In this document: positions 1-9,658 of the stretch, in pieces
How the letters are laid out: every line of letters starts with the position of its first letter
Position numbering within the stretch: position 1 is the first letter of the stretch
NCBI GenBank assembly: GCA_032116735.1
Contig: JAUMAK010000005.1
Coordinates: forward strand, 12,418-76,417
Length of the DNA stretch: 64,000 nt
Direction: 5' to 3'
Source: Pirellulaceae bacterium
GTDB lineage: Bacteria; Planctomycetota; Planctomycetia; Pirellulales; Pirellulaceae
The notes under the pieces: generated by a model
The model's database searches: none
Seen by the model: the letters and a program-made list of their open reading frames with translations, nothing else
Told to the model about the DNA's origin: nothing
Translations under genes and position numbers: made by a program

Positions 1-1787
1 ACCGGATCGGAGGGTTGCCCGCTCCCGCGCCGCTGAACCCACAGGTCACCGGCCGTGTCCTTCGCGAGGGGTACACGGTCGAGAAAGTCCTGTTCGAGAG
101 CGCCCGGAAGTTTTACGTCACCGCAGGTTTGTTCCTTCCGGATCCGGTCAAGTTTCCACCCCCTTGGCCAGCGGTGGTGATCGTCTGTGGCCATGCCACC
201 GAAGGGAAGCTGCAAGAAGGTTACCAAACCGGGGCGGCGCTGACGGCCCTGAACGGGTTGGCGGCGATGGTCGTCGATCCGGTCGGCCAAGGGGAACGGA
301 TGCAAATGCTGGATCAGGATGGCAAGCCGACGATCGAAGGCTCGACCAACGAACACACCGTGCTCGGCACCAGCGCCATCCTTGTCGGTTGGAATACGGC
401 CCGTTGGATGATCGGTGATGCGATCGCCGCGATCGATTACCTGCAAACGCGGGGCGACATTCGTGGCGACAAGATCGGCTGCATGGGGAACAGCGGCGGG
501 GGGACCCAGACCAGTTATTTGATGGCCCTTGATGACCGGGTCGTCGCGGCGGCACCGAGCTGTTACATCACGAGCTTCAAGCGGTTGCTCGAGACGATCG
601 GTCCGCAAGACGCAGAACAGAACATTTTCGCTCAGATCGCCGTGGGGATGGATCATGCCGATTACTTGATGATGCGGGCGCCCAAGCCGACGATGATCAA
701 CTGCGCCACGAAAGATTTTTTCGACATCACTGGCACGTGGGGTGCCTATCGTGACGCGAAACGTTTGTTCCATCGCTTGGACGCGGGGCGGAACATCGAG
801 TTGGTCGAAGTCGATGCGACGCATGGATGGCACCCGACCCTCCGCCGGGCGAGCGTCCGATTCATGGTCGAGCATTTGGCGGGACGATTAGGCGACTTGG
901 TCGAACCGCCGATCATCCCGTTGAAGGCGGACGAGATGAATGTCACCCCTGAAGGGCAGGTCCTGCGGTTGCCTGGGGCGATCTCCGCATTCGAACAGGT
1001 CCGGCAGGAGGCGAAGCGATTGGCTGCCGAGCGATCGGAGGCAGGGCCTTCTCCCGAATCGCTTCGTGACGAAGTGAGACGGGTCGCGGGCATCCGCAAG
1101 TTGGCAGAGCTCCCGGAACCTGTCGTTCAGGCGGAGGGCGCTGTGGAGATCGATGGGTTGTCGGTAGAGCGTTTGTCGCTGCGGGTCGGAGCAGACATCT
1201 GGTTGCCCGCCTTGGTCGCGCGGACGCAAAAGAAACCGGGAGACAACGGCGGGGCGTCAGTTTTAACCTGCTTGATGTTGGAAGAGGGGAAGAAATCGAC
1301 GTTGGGTCCGGACGGGGAATTGCGTCGGCGGGTCGCGGCGGGGGAAACGGTGTTGGCGATCGATCTGCGGGGCATCGGCGAGACGAAGCCCGAGGGGAAA
1401 TGGTATCACCAGCGGTTCGGGGCCAATGGCGGCAACGCGGTGCTGGCCTATTTGCTCGGTAAGTCGCTCGTCGGGATCCGAGCCGAAGATGCGGTTGTCG
1501 CCGCGAAGTGGTTCGCCAGTCGCGAGGGGACGCAGCGGGTGCGGGTCGTTGCCAGCGGCGAACTGGTCACTCCGCTTTTGCATGCTGCCGCGGTCGAGCC
1601 TGATCTTTTCGAATCGGTCGAGCTTCGCGGGGGCCTGAGAAGTTGGTCCGAGATCATCAGCGCCCCGGAGTCGGAAAACCGCTACTCCAGCCTAGTTCAT
1701 TCGGGGTTAACCGCGTACGATCTTTCTGATTTGGCAGAGTTGATCGGTGGTCGATTGACCCCTGCCGCGTCCCCGCAAGCCGATTGA
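1..1787 (+). CDS. alpha/beta-hydrolase fold esterase (acetyl-xylan-esterase / dienelactone-hydrolase-like); 5' end probably outside the window
   Basis: ORF 15..1787, but the frame stays open back to nt 3, so the N-terminus is likely cut by the window edge. Nucleophile elbow G-x-S-x-G in CMGNSGGGTQTSYL, preceded by the VVIVCGHA strand. Codon third positions are GC-rich, as in the other genes. Confidence 0.55.
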   Translation, partial: RIGGLPAPAPLNPQVTGRVLREGYTVEKVLFESARKFYVTAGLFLPDPVKFPPPWPAVVIVCGHATEGKLQEGYQTGAALTALNGLAAMVVDPVGQGERMQMLDQDGKPTIEGSTNEHTVLGTSAILVGWNTARWMIGDAIAAIDYLQTRGDIRGDKIGCMGNSGGGTQTSYLMALDDRVVAAAPSCYITSFKRLLETIGPQDAEQNIFAQIAVGMDHADYLMMRAPKPTMINCATKDFFDITGTWGAYRDAKRLFHRLDAGRNIELVEVDATHGWHPTLRRASVRFMVEHLAGRLGDLVEPPIIPLKADEMNVTPEGQVLRLPGAISAFEQVRQEAKRLAAERSEAGPSPESLRDEVRRVAGIRKLAELPEPVVQAEGAVEIDGLSVERLSLRVGADIWLPALVARTQKKPGDNGGASVLTCLMLEEGKKSTLGPDGELRRRVAAGETVLAIDLRGIGETKPEGKWYHQRFGANGGNAVLAYLLGKSLVGIRAEDAVVAAKWFASREGTQRVRVVASGELVTPLLHAAAVEPDLFESVELRGGLRSWSEIISAPESENRYSSLVHSGLTAYDLSDLAELIGGRLTPAASPQAD

Positions 1788-1806
1788 GCCGAAGGAGCCG
1801 ATTCCG

Positions 1807-2952
1807 ATGCGATTGACCACCTCGATTTTGTCCGGCGGTCGCCCTCCCCTGTTCCCGATCGGGGTCATGGCGGGGGCGGTGACTTGTTTCGTATGGCTTG
1901 GGCATTGCACGTCTGCGGTGGTGGCTCAAGAGCGCGACCCATCGTCCGCGGTGATCGCCTCGAGATTCATTTACGAGTCGGCCCCGTTCCCCGAATGTCA
2001 CGCTTCGACGATCGTGTCGACACCAACGGGGCTGGTCGCGGCCTGGTTCGGCGGGCAACACGAGAAGGCGCCTGACGTTGGGATTTGGATCGCGCGTTAC
2101 GACGGCAAAGGGGAAGGTGGCCAAGGGTGGTCTGCACCGGTGGAGGTTGCCAACGGTGTCCAACACCCGAAGCTCCGTTGGCCGTGTTGGAATCCGGTCT
2201 TGTTCCAGGACCCCGAGGGGCCATTGGTATTGTTCTATAAGGTCGGACCTAGCCCTTCGACTTGGTGGGGGATGCGGACCGAATCGGTCGATGGCGGGAT
2301 CACCTGGAGCCGGCCGCATCGCTTGCCTGACGGGATTTTGGGGCCGATCAAGAACAAGCCCGTTCGATTGAAGTCGGGTGACTGGCTATGCCCCACGAGT
2401 TACGAGACGGACGAAAAGCCGAGCCGGTGGACGGTCCATTTCGAACGGACGGGAGACCGCGGTTTCACTTGGTCGCGGACCGAACCGCTGAATGATGGCT
2501 TGGAGTTGGCCGCGATTCAGCCGAGCATCTTGACCCATGCCGATGGGGGTTTGCAGGCGCTCGGACGGACTCGGCAGGGAAGGCTCTTCACGATCCGTTC
2601 GGCCGACCAGGGTGAGACGTGGGGGAAGATGGGGTTGCTCGATCTGCCCAACAGCAATTCGGGGACGGATGCCGTTACGTTGCGTGATGGCCGTCATGTG
2701 CTCGTCTACAACCACACGTCCAAAGGGCGTTCCCCGTTGAATGTCGCCGTGTCGAAGGATGGCGAGAATTGGGAGGGGGCGGTGGTGCTGGAAAGTGAGC
2801 CTGGCGAATACAGTTACCCCGCGATTATTGAAGCGGCGGACGGTCGGGTCGAGATCACCTACACGTGGAAGCGTCAGCGGATCAAGCATGTGACGATCGA
2901 TCCGTCCCGACTCGTTACGCGGCCCATCGTCGAAGGCCGTTGGCCGGATTAA
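1807..2952 (+). CDS. BNR/Asp-box repeat glycoside hydrolase (exo-alpha-sialidase-like), secreted
   Basis: 381 aa with an N-terminal hydrophobic signal (VMAGAVTCFVWLGHC). Four Asp-box (S-x-D-x-G-x-T-W) copies: SVDGGITWS, TGDRGFTWS, SADQGETWG, SKDGENWE. Confidence 0.7.
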   Translation: MRLTTSILSGGRPPLFPIGVMAGAVTCFVWLGHCTSAVVAQERDPSSAVIASRFIYESAPFPECHASTIVSTPTGLVAAWFGGQHEKAPDVGIWIARYDGKGEGGQGWSAPVEVANGVQHPKLRWPCWNPVLFQDPEGPLVLFYKVGPSPSTWWGMRTESVDGGITWSRPHRLPDGILGPIKNKPVRLKSGDWLCPTSYETDEKPSRWTVHFERTGDRGFTWSRTEPLNDGLELAAIQPSILTHADGGLQALGRTRQGRLFTIRSADQGETWGKMGLLDLPNSNSGTDAVTLRDGRHVLVYNHTSKGRSPLNVAVSKDGENWEGAVVLESEPGEYSYPAIIEAADGRVEITYTWKRQRIKHVTIDPSRLVTRPIVEGRWPD

Positions 2953-3109
2953 GGCTTCGTCGAGGAACGGCTCGCCCTTTGCCATGGCGGTGAGGAGGTG
3001 ATTATCTGTGGTGGTGGTTGCCGTCGATCGGACCATGTTTTCGGACCCGAGGCTGCTTCGGGCGAGGCCGATCGGTGGGGAGGTCATTTCAATCGGATCG
3101 AAGGTCAAA

Positions 3110-5626
3110 ATGAGTTCAACGCCGGGTGTGCCCAACGTCGAGCAATACGAAAAGCTGGCGTCTTTTTACTTGGGTCGTCGCTACGACCTCGCCGAGCAGC
3201 GGCCTTTGGACGAGCTGCTGATGTATGACGCCAAGGATCTATGCACGCACGCGATGTGCGTCGGGATGACCGGAAGTGGAAAGACCGGGTTGTGCCTGTC
3301 GTTGTTGGAGGAAGCGGCGATCGACGGGATTCCGGTGATTTGTGTCGATCCCAAGGGTGACCTGGCGAACCTGATGTTGGCGTTTCCGGAGTTGCGGCCT
3401 GAGGATTTTAAGCCTTGGCTGGAGCCTGGCGAGGCGACCCGTAAGGGCGTTTCGCTGGAGGAGTTGGCGGAGTCGACCGCCGCGACCTGGAAAAAAGGGT
3501 TGGCTTCGTGGGGCCAATCGCCCGATCGGATCCGGCGGTTTCGCGACAGCGTCGACATCGCGATCTACACCCCTGGAAGCAACGCCGGCTTGCCGTTGAC
3601 GGTCCTCAAGAGCTTCGATTCGCCACCACCGGAGGTCCTGGCCGATACCGACGCGATGCGTGAACGGGTGATGGGGGCTGCTTCGGGGCTGTTGACCTTG
3701 ATGGGGATCAACGCCGACCCGCTGCTGTCTCGCGAACACATCCTGATCTCGTCCTTGCTGGACCACGGTTGGCGAGAAGGGAAGCATTTGTCCTTGGCCG
3801 ACCTGATCGGGTTGATCCAGCGTCCCCCGATGCAGCGGATCGGCGTCATGGATTTGGAAACCTTCATGCCGATCGCCGAACGGGCGAAGATGTCGATGCA
3901 GCTTAATAACCTGCTCGCCTCGCCGGCGTTCGCCAGCTGGTTGGAGGGTGAAGCCCTATCGATCGAGCGGTTGCTGCACACCCCAGAGGGCAAGCCGCGG
4001 GTGTCGATTTTATCGATCGCCCATCTGAATGACACCGAGCGGATGTTTTTCTTGACGATCCTGCTCAACGAGTTGCTCGCTTGGGTACGGACCCAAAGTG
4101 GCACCGGGTCGCTGCGGGCGTTGTTTTACATGGATGAGATCGCGGGGTATTTTCCGCCCGTCAGTAACCCGCCGAGCAAGCCACCGATGTTAACGCTGCT
4201 AAAGCAGGCCCGCGCGTTTGGGCTCGGGATCACGCTGGCGACCCAAAACCCGGTCGACCTGGATTACAAAGGTTTGTCGAACATCGGCACCTGGTTCATC
4301 GGCAGGCTGCAGACGGAACGCGACAAGGCGCGGGTGTTGGACGGTCTGGAAGGGGCGTCGGTTCAAAACGGGGCGGCGTTCGATCGCAAGAGCATGGAAC
4401 TGATGTTGTCGGCGCTGGGTAATCGCGTTTTTCTCATGAACAATGTGCACGAGGATTCGCCGGTCGTCTTTCAAACGCGTTGGGCGTTGTCGTTCCTTGC
4501 CGGTCCGCTGGCACGCGCGCAGATCACTCGTCTGATGGCCGATCGCAAACGGTTCGGTGCCGTCGGTTCCCCAGTGGCGGGTGGTGTTGTTCCGCAGGCC
4601 ACGGCGCAGTCGGAACGGCCCATCGTCATCGACTTCCAGCAGGATCCCCTCCCCTCCCCTGCGGTGTCTGCCGTCGGGGCGCCGAAACGTCCCGTGATCC
4701 CGGCGGCGGTGGCCGAGCGGTTTTTGGAACCATCTGGCAGGCCGCTAGCAGGATTTCGGCTCGTCTATCGCCCGGCGATCCTCGGGGCCGGCTCATTGCA
4801 TTACGTACGGGCGTCCGGCGATGTCGATCGTTGGGTCGACTATCACTGTTTACTCGATTGTTCCCGAGGCCTCCCGAAGTCCGGTTGGGAAGAGGCGGCC
4901 GAGGTCGACGGTTGGGCCCTCGACCAGTCGCCCCGGGATGGGTTTGCCTTCGCCGAGGTCGCGACCGAACTATTGTCCGCCGCGACCTACAAGGGACTCG
5001 ATTCGCAATTCAAAGAGTATCTCTATCGCCATCATTCGATGACGATTTACAAAGCCCCGGCGCTCGGCAAGTTCGCCCCGGCCGGGATGTCGGAAGGGGA
5101 GGCCAGGGTTCATTTCACACAGGACCTGCGTGAATTAAGGGATCGCGAGACCGAAAAGATTCGTGCGAAGTACGCGTCGAAGGCCCAGTCACTCGAGAAG
5201 GCGATTCGCACCGCCGGGGAACGGGTCGAACGGGAGCGTTCAAACCTACGGTCGGTCGCGGCCGCACCGATGATCGAATTGGGAACGAGCATCTTGAATA
5301 CCTTCTTCGGCCGAAAGACCTCTCGCTCGGCGAGCTCTCGGACGGCTTCGGTCCTCCGGGGGGCCAACACCGCGTACAAGAAAAAAGCCGATGCCGATCG
5401 TGCCGAAGAGACGCTCCGCCAGTTGCAAATCGACCTCGAAGATCTCGAAACGTCGCTACGGAGAGAAATCGACGAGATGACGACCCAGTTCGATGTTACC
5501 CGGGTCGAGTTGGAACCTGTCGTCATCAGCCCTCGCAAATCGGATCTGAAGACGAGGCCGCTGGTCTTTTTATGGGTTCCGTGGCAGGTCGATCCGCAGG
5601 GGATCGCCGAGCCGATGTTCGGGTAG
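3110..5626 (+). CDS. HerA/FtsK/TrwB-type P-loop ATPase (DUF87-like) with a long C-terminal coiled-coil-like module
   Basis: ORF 3008..5626. Start moved to ATG 3110 (MSSTPGVPNVEQYEKLASFYLGRRYD). Walker A GMTGSGKTG, VICVDPKGD, Walker-B-like LFYMDEIAGYF, ATQNPVDLDYKGLSNIGTWFIGRLQTERD. C-terminal charged heptad-like stretch (RELRDRETEKIRAKYASKAQSLEKAIRTAGERVERE). Confidence 0.7.
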   Translation: MSSTPGVPNVEQYEKLASFYLGRRYDLAEQRPLDELLMYDAKDLCTHAMCVGMTGSGKTGLCLSLLEEAAIDGIPVICVDPKGDLANLMLAFPELRPEDFKPWLEPGEATRKGVSLEELAESTAATWKKGLASWGQSPDRIRRFRDSVDIAIYTPGSNAGLPLTVLKSFDSPPPEVLADTDAMRERVMGAASGLLTLMGINADPLLSREHILISSLLDHGWREGKHLSLADLIGLIQRPPMQRIGVMDLETFMPIAERAKMSMQLNNLLASPAFASWLEGEALSIERLLHTPEGKPRVSILSIAHLNDTERMFFLTILLNELLAWVRTQSGTGSLRALFYMDEIAGYFPPVSNPPSKPPMLTLLKQARAFGLGITLATQNPVDLDYKGLSNIGTWFIGRLQTERDKARVLDGLEGASVQNGAAFDRKSMELMLSALGNRVFLMNNVHEDSPVVFQTRWALSFLAGPLARAQITRLMADRKRFGAVGSPVAGGVVPQATAQSERPIVIDFQQDPLPSPAVSAVGAPKRPVIPAAVAERFLEPSGRPLAGFRLVYRPAILGAGSLHYVRASGDVDRWVDYHCLLDCSRGLPKSGWEEAAEVDGWALDQSPRDGFAFAEVATELLSAATYKGLDSQFKEYLYRHHSMTIYKAPALGKFAPAGMSEGEARVHFTQDLRELRDRETEKIRAKYASKAQSLEKAIRTAGERVERERSNLRSVAAAPMIELGTSILNTFFGRKTSRSASSRTASVLRGANTAYKKKADADRAEETLRQLQIDLEDLETSLRREIDEMTTQFDVTRVELEPVVISPRKSDLKTRPLVFLWVPWQVDPQGIAEPMFG

Positions 5627-5653
5627 GCCGACAGACGGCCGGTTCCCTATCAA

Positions 5654-8092
5654 TCATTTGGCGGTGTTCTCGTAAATCGGCAGGTGGCGATAAAAGACTT
5701 CGAGCGACAGTAGGTTCAGCGTCGTGAGGTAGAGGCGTCCTGCCTGGATCGCCCAGCGGTCGGGGATCGGTCCGGCGGGATCCCAGCTCCCTTCATTGGG
5801 CCCGCTTTTGACCTGCGCGTTGAGCAGGATCGGTTTGAGCTGGCCGTTCCAGTCTTGCCACCACTGCCCGCCCATGTGGAACATGACCTGGGTCGCGTAG
5901 TACCAGTAATAGGTGTCGCGGGCCGGGCTGGTCACGTCGCCGATTCTGGGCGGGTTGTTCAAAAGGTAAGCCGCGGCTTGGCGCATGTTCGTGTTGTCGC
6001 GGCCCCACCCCGAGTACATCCGCATCAGGATCGCAACGGCCGTCATCGACGGGGTCACCTCACGGCCGTGGCCTTGGGCCGCGGTGTTGGGGGCGAACGG
6101 GTTATAGCGGTAGAGGTCGCCCCGTTCGGGAGAGAGTTGGGCGAAATCGAGCCAGCGATCGACCCCTTCATAGGTCGAGGCGGGGACTGACAACCCGGCC
6201 AGCTCTCCGCTCTTGAGTGCCATCATCATCCAGCCGCTGACGCTGGTGTCGCTGCTAACTTGGGGCTGATAGCGCCACCCACCGCGTTGTCGGTGTTGGG
6301 TCTGAACGATGTAATCGATCGCACGCTGGGCAGGTTCGCGCAGTGCCGGATCGCCGGTCATCCCATAAGCCTCACAAATCGCGAGCGCCGCAATGCCGTG
6401 GGAGTAGAGTGCGACACTTTGGTTGCTGTAGGCGTCTTCGCTACGGAAGAGATTGCCGTCAGGCTGTTGCATGGCGAGCATCGCCCGGATCCCCTTAGCA
6501 ACGACAGGGGCATAACGGTGTTCGCGGTGGGTGTAGCCTGCCCCTTGGAAGGCGAGGAGTGACAGCCCTGTTGCCGCCGTGTCGCTGCGTAATGCGACTT
6601 CTTCGCCAGGGCTTTGCAACGTCCAGCGCCCGTCGGCCGTTTGTTGGGCGGCGAGGAACTTGAGGCCACGTTCGATCGCGTCTTCGGTTTCGGGGCCGGT
6701 TTCGGAGGCCGCCCCGGGGACTCCGCCTTTCGAATTGCGTAAGGTCCGGCGGCGAAAGACTTCAGGGATGGTGATTTGGTCCGCCGATGGCTTGAGGCCA
6801 CTGCCTCCACCGAACCGGGACTTCGGGTCGGGACGGCTCGCGACGTCACCGATTCGCGGCTGCATCTGGGCAAGCGATCCGATCGAGGGCCTTGCCAAGG
6901 GCGACCGGGCGATCGTACCGGCGCCGACGCGGGGCCCGATATCGGTCGGCAGGTTGATGTCGGTTGGCGGGGTGGTCACGGGGGCATCGGATGGCCGGTT
7001 CAGCGACATCGAATCGCTTCTGGACGGCGCGAGTTCTGTTCGTGGGGCGGGGGTGTCGCTGGGGACGGATGACCGGGCGTCAGCCGCCGGCAGGCTTGGC
7101 ATTTCGGGGGTCATCCCCAGCGCCTCCAGGGGGCGACGGCTGAGCCGAGGTCGGTCGGAGGGACGGGGCGCGTTGAGCGGCGTTACCGTCGGCAGGGTCT
7201 CCTGCGGGGGACGCGGGGGCGACTTGATCTCCGGCCGTTCGAGTGCGACGGCGGCCGACCGATCGGGGATCGAAGGGGTGTCGGGGAGGGCGAGCGATGC
7301 GGCAATCGCTGGCGAAGGGGGCGATCGCTCGGGTGCGGATTGCGTGGACGACATCCGCTCGGCCGCTTCCGGTTCGATCGCAGGCCGATTGCGGAGCTCG
7401 GGGATGGCGATCGAGGGCGGCAGGTCGATTTCGGGGAGTGCCGGCGGGGGTGTCGATCGGGACTGGGATAATGCCTCCGGTTCGTCCTGCGGTTCGGGGA
7501 GATTTGCCGCGGGGGCTGCCCGTGTGGCGAGCTCTTGAGGCTGCTCGGGTTGTGGGGTCTCGCGCTCGACGAACTCCAGGTTTGCGGCCGACTGGGGCTG
7601 GGGAGTGATTTCGGCCCGCCGCATCGATTCGGCTGCTGCAGACGCTTCGGCAGGGACGGGTTTGGCCCAATCGGGTTGGGAACTTTTCGCCGCGCGCGAG
7701 AAGAGGTAATCCGGAACGGTCTGCGGTTCACGTTCCCGTTGGGAACCGAGTTTCCCCGAATTTTCAGGAAAGTACTTTCCGAAGACGATCACGTTCACCG
7801 CCATCGACAACATGGTCAGGTGCAGCAGGATGCTGGCCAAAAAGCCGAGTTGTGCGGAACGTTCAAAGTACCGTGAGGCGACATACCGCGAGAGGAGCGA
7901 CAGCAGGACAACGCCTGTCCCGATCAGACCTAGATAAACGCCCGCATTATAAAAAGGGCGAGGGTCATCGAAACGAAGGTTGGTCAGGACGATGTAGCCA
8001 ACAACCCCACCCGCGACGAGCAGCCCGAGATCGAGCGGCCACATCCTTTCGGGTTGCCGGGGGGGGGCTTCTGCGGCGTACGGAAGGCTCAT
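5654..8092 (-). CDS. membrane protein: 3 TM helices, long Pro-rich linker and C-terminal prenyltransferase/squalene-oxidase-repeat (alpha/alpha-toroid) domain
   Basis: ORF 5654..8203. Start moved to ATG 8092 (MSLPYAAE) to remove the overlap with exbD. Hydrophobic helices LLVAGGVVGYIVL, VYLGLIGTGVVLLSLL, LGFLASILLHLTMLSMAVNVIVF. Several hundred residues of P/S/A-rich linker. C-terminal repeats LAAQQTADGRW, LAMQQPDGNLF, QRGGWRYQPQVSSDTSVSGWMMMAL. Confidence 0.6.
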   Translation of the reverse strand: MSLPYAAEAPPRQPERMWPLDLGLLVAGGVVGYIVLTNLRFDDPRPFYNAGVYLGLIGTGVVLLSLLSRYVASRYFERSAQLGFLASILLHLTMLSMAVNVIVFGKYFPENSGKLGSQREREPQTVPDYLFSRAAKSSQPDWAKPVPAEASAAAESMRRAEITPQPQSAANLEFVERETPQPEQPQELATRAAPAANLPEPQDEPEALSQSRSTPPPALPEIDLPPSIAIPELRNRPAIEPEAAERMSSTQSAPERSPPSPAIAASLALPDTPSIPDRSAAVALERPEIKSPPRPPQETLPTVTPLNAPRPSDRPRLSRRPLEALGMTPEMPSLPAADARSSVPSDTPAPRTELAPSRSDSMSLNRPSDAPVTTPPTDINLPTDIGPRVGAGTIARSPLARPSIGSLAQMQPRIGDVASRPDPKSRFGGGSGLKPSADQITIPEVFRRRTLRNSKGGVPGAASETGPETEDAIERGLKFLAAQQTADGRWTLQSPGEEVALRSDTAATGLSLLAFQGAGYTHREHRYAPVVAKGIRAMLAMQQPDGNLFRSEDAYSNQSVALYSHGIAALAICEAYGMTGDPALREPAQRAIDYIVQTQHRQRGGWRYQPQVSSDTSVSGWMMMALKSGELAGLSVPASTYEGVDRWLDFAQLSPERGDLYRYNPFAPNTAAQGHGREVTPSMTAVAILMRMYSGWGRDNTNMRQAAAYLLNNPPRIGDVTSPARDTYYWYYATQVMFHMGGQWWQDWNGQLKPILLNAQVKSGPNEGSWDPAGPIPDRWAIQAGRLYLTTLNLLSLEVFYRHLPIYENTAK

Positions 8093-8139
8093 CTGGGCGA
8101 TTGTGGTTCGTGGCGAATGTGCACGGACACCTGGTGGAC

Positions 8140-8568
8140 TTAACCCCCCGAGGGCCCTTCGCGGGTCGATACCGAGTAATCTGCGATCCCCGCTTCGTTG
8201 CACAAGTCCATCACGGTGACGACAGGCTGGAAGGAGGTTCCCGCATCTGCCCGGATCACGACGGCCTGATTGACCGGGTTGTTCGCGGCAGCGGCGGTGA
8301 GGGTTTCGCGGAGCTCATCCAAAGTTGTCGGCTGACTGCGCAGGTAAATATTACCCCGTGCATCGATATCGACCACGATTTCCCGCGGGCGATTTACCAT
8401 GGGCGAAGCGCTGGTGGCGGAGGGGAGAACGATATTGAGTCGCCGCTCATCCTCTTCCTCGAATTTGCTCGTGACGAGGAAAAAGATCAGTAGCAGAAAG
8501 ACGACATCGATCAGCGGGGTCAGGCTGAGGTTGTTGGCGACGCTGGAACGTTTGATCGAGACGGGCAT
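8140..8568 (-). CDS. exbD: ExbD/TolR family biopolymer transport protein
   Basis: 142 aa. Single N-terminal TM carrying the conserved Asp (LTPLIDVVFLLLIFFLV), followed by a periplasmic domain. Lies 16 nt downstream of exbB. Confidence 0.85.
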   Translation of the reverse strand: MPVSIKRSSVANNLSLTPLIDVVFLLLIFFLVTSKFEEEDERRLNIVLPSATSASPMVNRPREIVVDIDARGNIYLRSQPTTLDELRETLTAAAANNPVNQAVVIRADAGTSFQPVVTVMDLCNEAGIADYSVSTREGPSGG

Positions 8569-8584
8569 AGGTCAACGAACCACG

Positions 8585-9658
8585 TTAAGCGTGGCCACCG
8601 GTGGTGAGTGACGAGCTCGCCCCGCCGACAGGACTGGCGATCGGCGGGGAGGAGACCACGTTCCCGGTTGGGGGCGCGGCGGTTTGACGGGCTCGACCGG
8701 TCGCGGGCGGGAGCGAATGGAGCGAGCCATCCGTATGGAGTCGTGCGCGGCCTACGAACCGGACCAGGGTTGGGGCCAAACCGAAGGAGATCCGCTCGAT
8801 CCGATTGAAATGTTTGGCCAGTCGATTCTCGAGGTATTGAGCGAGGATCGCGGCAGGGATGGCAACGATCAATCCCGCGAGGGTTGTCACCAGGGCGACG
8901 TAGATCCCTTCGCTGAGTTGTTCGCTCCGGCTGCGGTCAGGGCTGAGGGTTGTCGATTCGTGGAACGCGACGATCATCCCCCAGACCGTGCCGAGCAAGC
9001 CCATCAGCGGGGTGGCCGACGCGGCCAAACTGAGCCAACGGATGGGGGCGGCCTGGTCGTCCGCTTCGCGTTGCAAGGCCTCGGAGGCGGCCCGTTCGAC
9101 ATCGGCGATCGGCTGGCCGGTACGCAAGAGCATCGCCGAAACGGTTGTCGCTAAGGCGGAGGGGTGTTCCTGGCACGCCGCCAGTGCTGAGGTCGGGTTG
9201 AAACGCTCGATCGGATCGGCGAGCCGCTGCAATTTGCCGATCAAGGCGGGTGGCATCAGTCGGCGGCGACGAAGGGAGATCATTCGTTCGACCGCCAGCG
9301 TGACGACCAAGATGGACATCACCCCGATCGGGATCATGAAGTTGCCGCCTCGGGCGATGAGGGTCAGCAGATCGATCCCGAGGGCTTGGTTTTCGGTCTG
9401 CTTTGCCGGCGACTCGGTTCCCTTGGGGGTGAGCAGGTCGCGGATGGCGTCGCCATCGACGGGGATGTCGCTGACCGTTGGGGGCTGCGGCGAATCGGCT
9501 TCGGCCTGCGGATTTTCCTGCGCGGCGAGCGGTGCTCGGGGGGCAAGACACATCACCAAACCGATAAGGAGGAGGCCACCGAACCGTCTGGCGAACGGCG
9601 CGTGACCGGAGACGATCGGTGGGACCGGCCGTTTTGGTGATAGCCCGAGAGGGGTCAT
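8585..9658 (-). CDS. exbB: MotA/TolQ/ExbB proton-channel family protein
   Basis: 357 aa. Signal-like N-terminus plus a periplasmic extension, then three TM helices (FMIPIGVMSILVVTLAVERMISL; LSLAASATPLMGLLGTVWGMIVAF; IYVALVTTLAGLIVAIPAAILAQYL). The ATG overlaps the stop of the upstream TPR gene (ATGA at 9655-9658). Confidence 0.85.
   Translation of the reverse strand: MTPLGLSPKRPVPPIVSGHAPFARRFGGLLLIGLVMCLAPRAPLAAQENPQAEADSPQPPTVSDIPVDGDAIRDLLTPKGTESPAKQTENQALGIDLLTLIARGGNFMIPIGVMSILVVTLAVERMISLRRRRLMPPALIGKLQRLADPIERFNPTSALAACQEHPSALATTVSAMLLRTGQPIADVERAASEALQREADDQAAPIRWLSLAASATPLMGLLGTVWGMIVAFHESTTLSPDRSRSEQLSEGIYVALVTTLAGLIVAIPAAILAQYLENRLAKHFNRIERISFGLAPTLVRFVGRARLHTDGSLHSLPPATGRARQTAAPPTGNVVSSPPIASPVGGASSSLTTGGHA

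Noticed and set aside
3008-3109. N-terminal extensions given by the ORF track (also 8093-8203, 15088-15252, 18992-19219, 25095-25184, 27836-28039, 28783-28881, 30068-30463, 35456-35581, 49850-49912, 51961-52053, 62458-62592)
   Set aside because: The extensions are Arg-rich or low-complexity, overlap neighbouring genes or divergent promoter regions, and precede an internal ATG that yields a proper signal peptide or the family-typical N-terminus.
8140-9658. ExbB/ExbD pair as a possible Zorya-like (ZorAB) defence stator
   Set aside because: The ExbB-like protein is only 357 aa, with no long C-terminal coiled-coil tail. The partner is ExbD/TolR-type without a peptidoglycan-binding domain. No ZorC/D-like helicase or nuclease genes are nearby.
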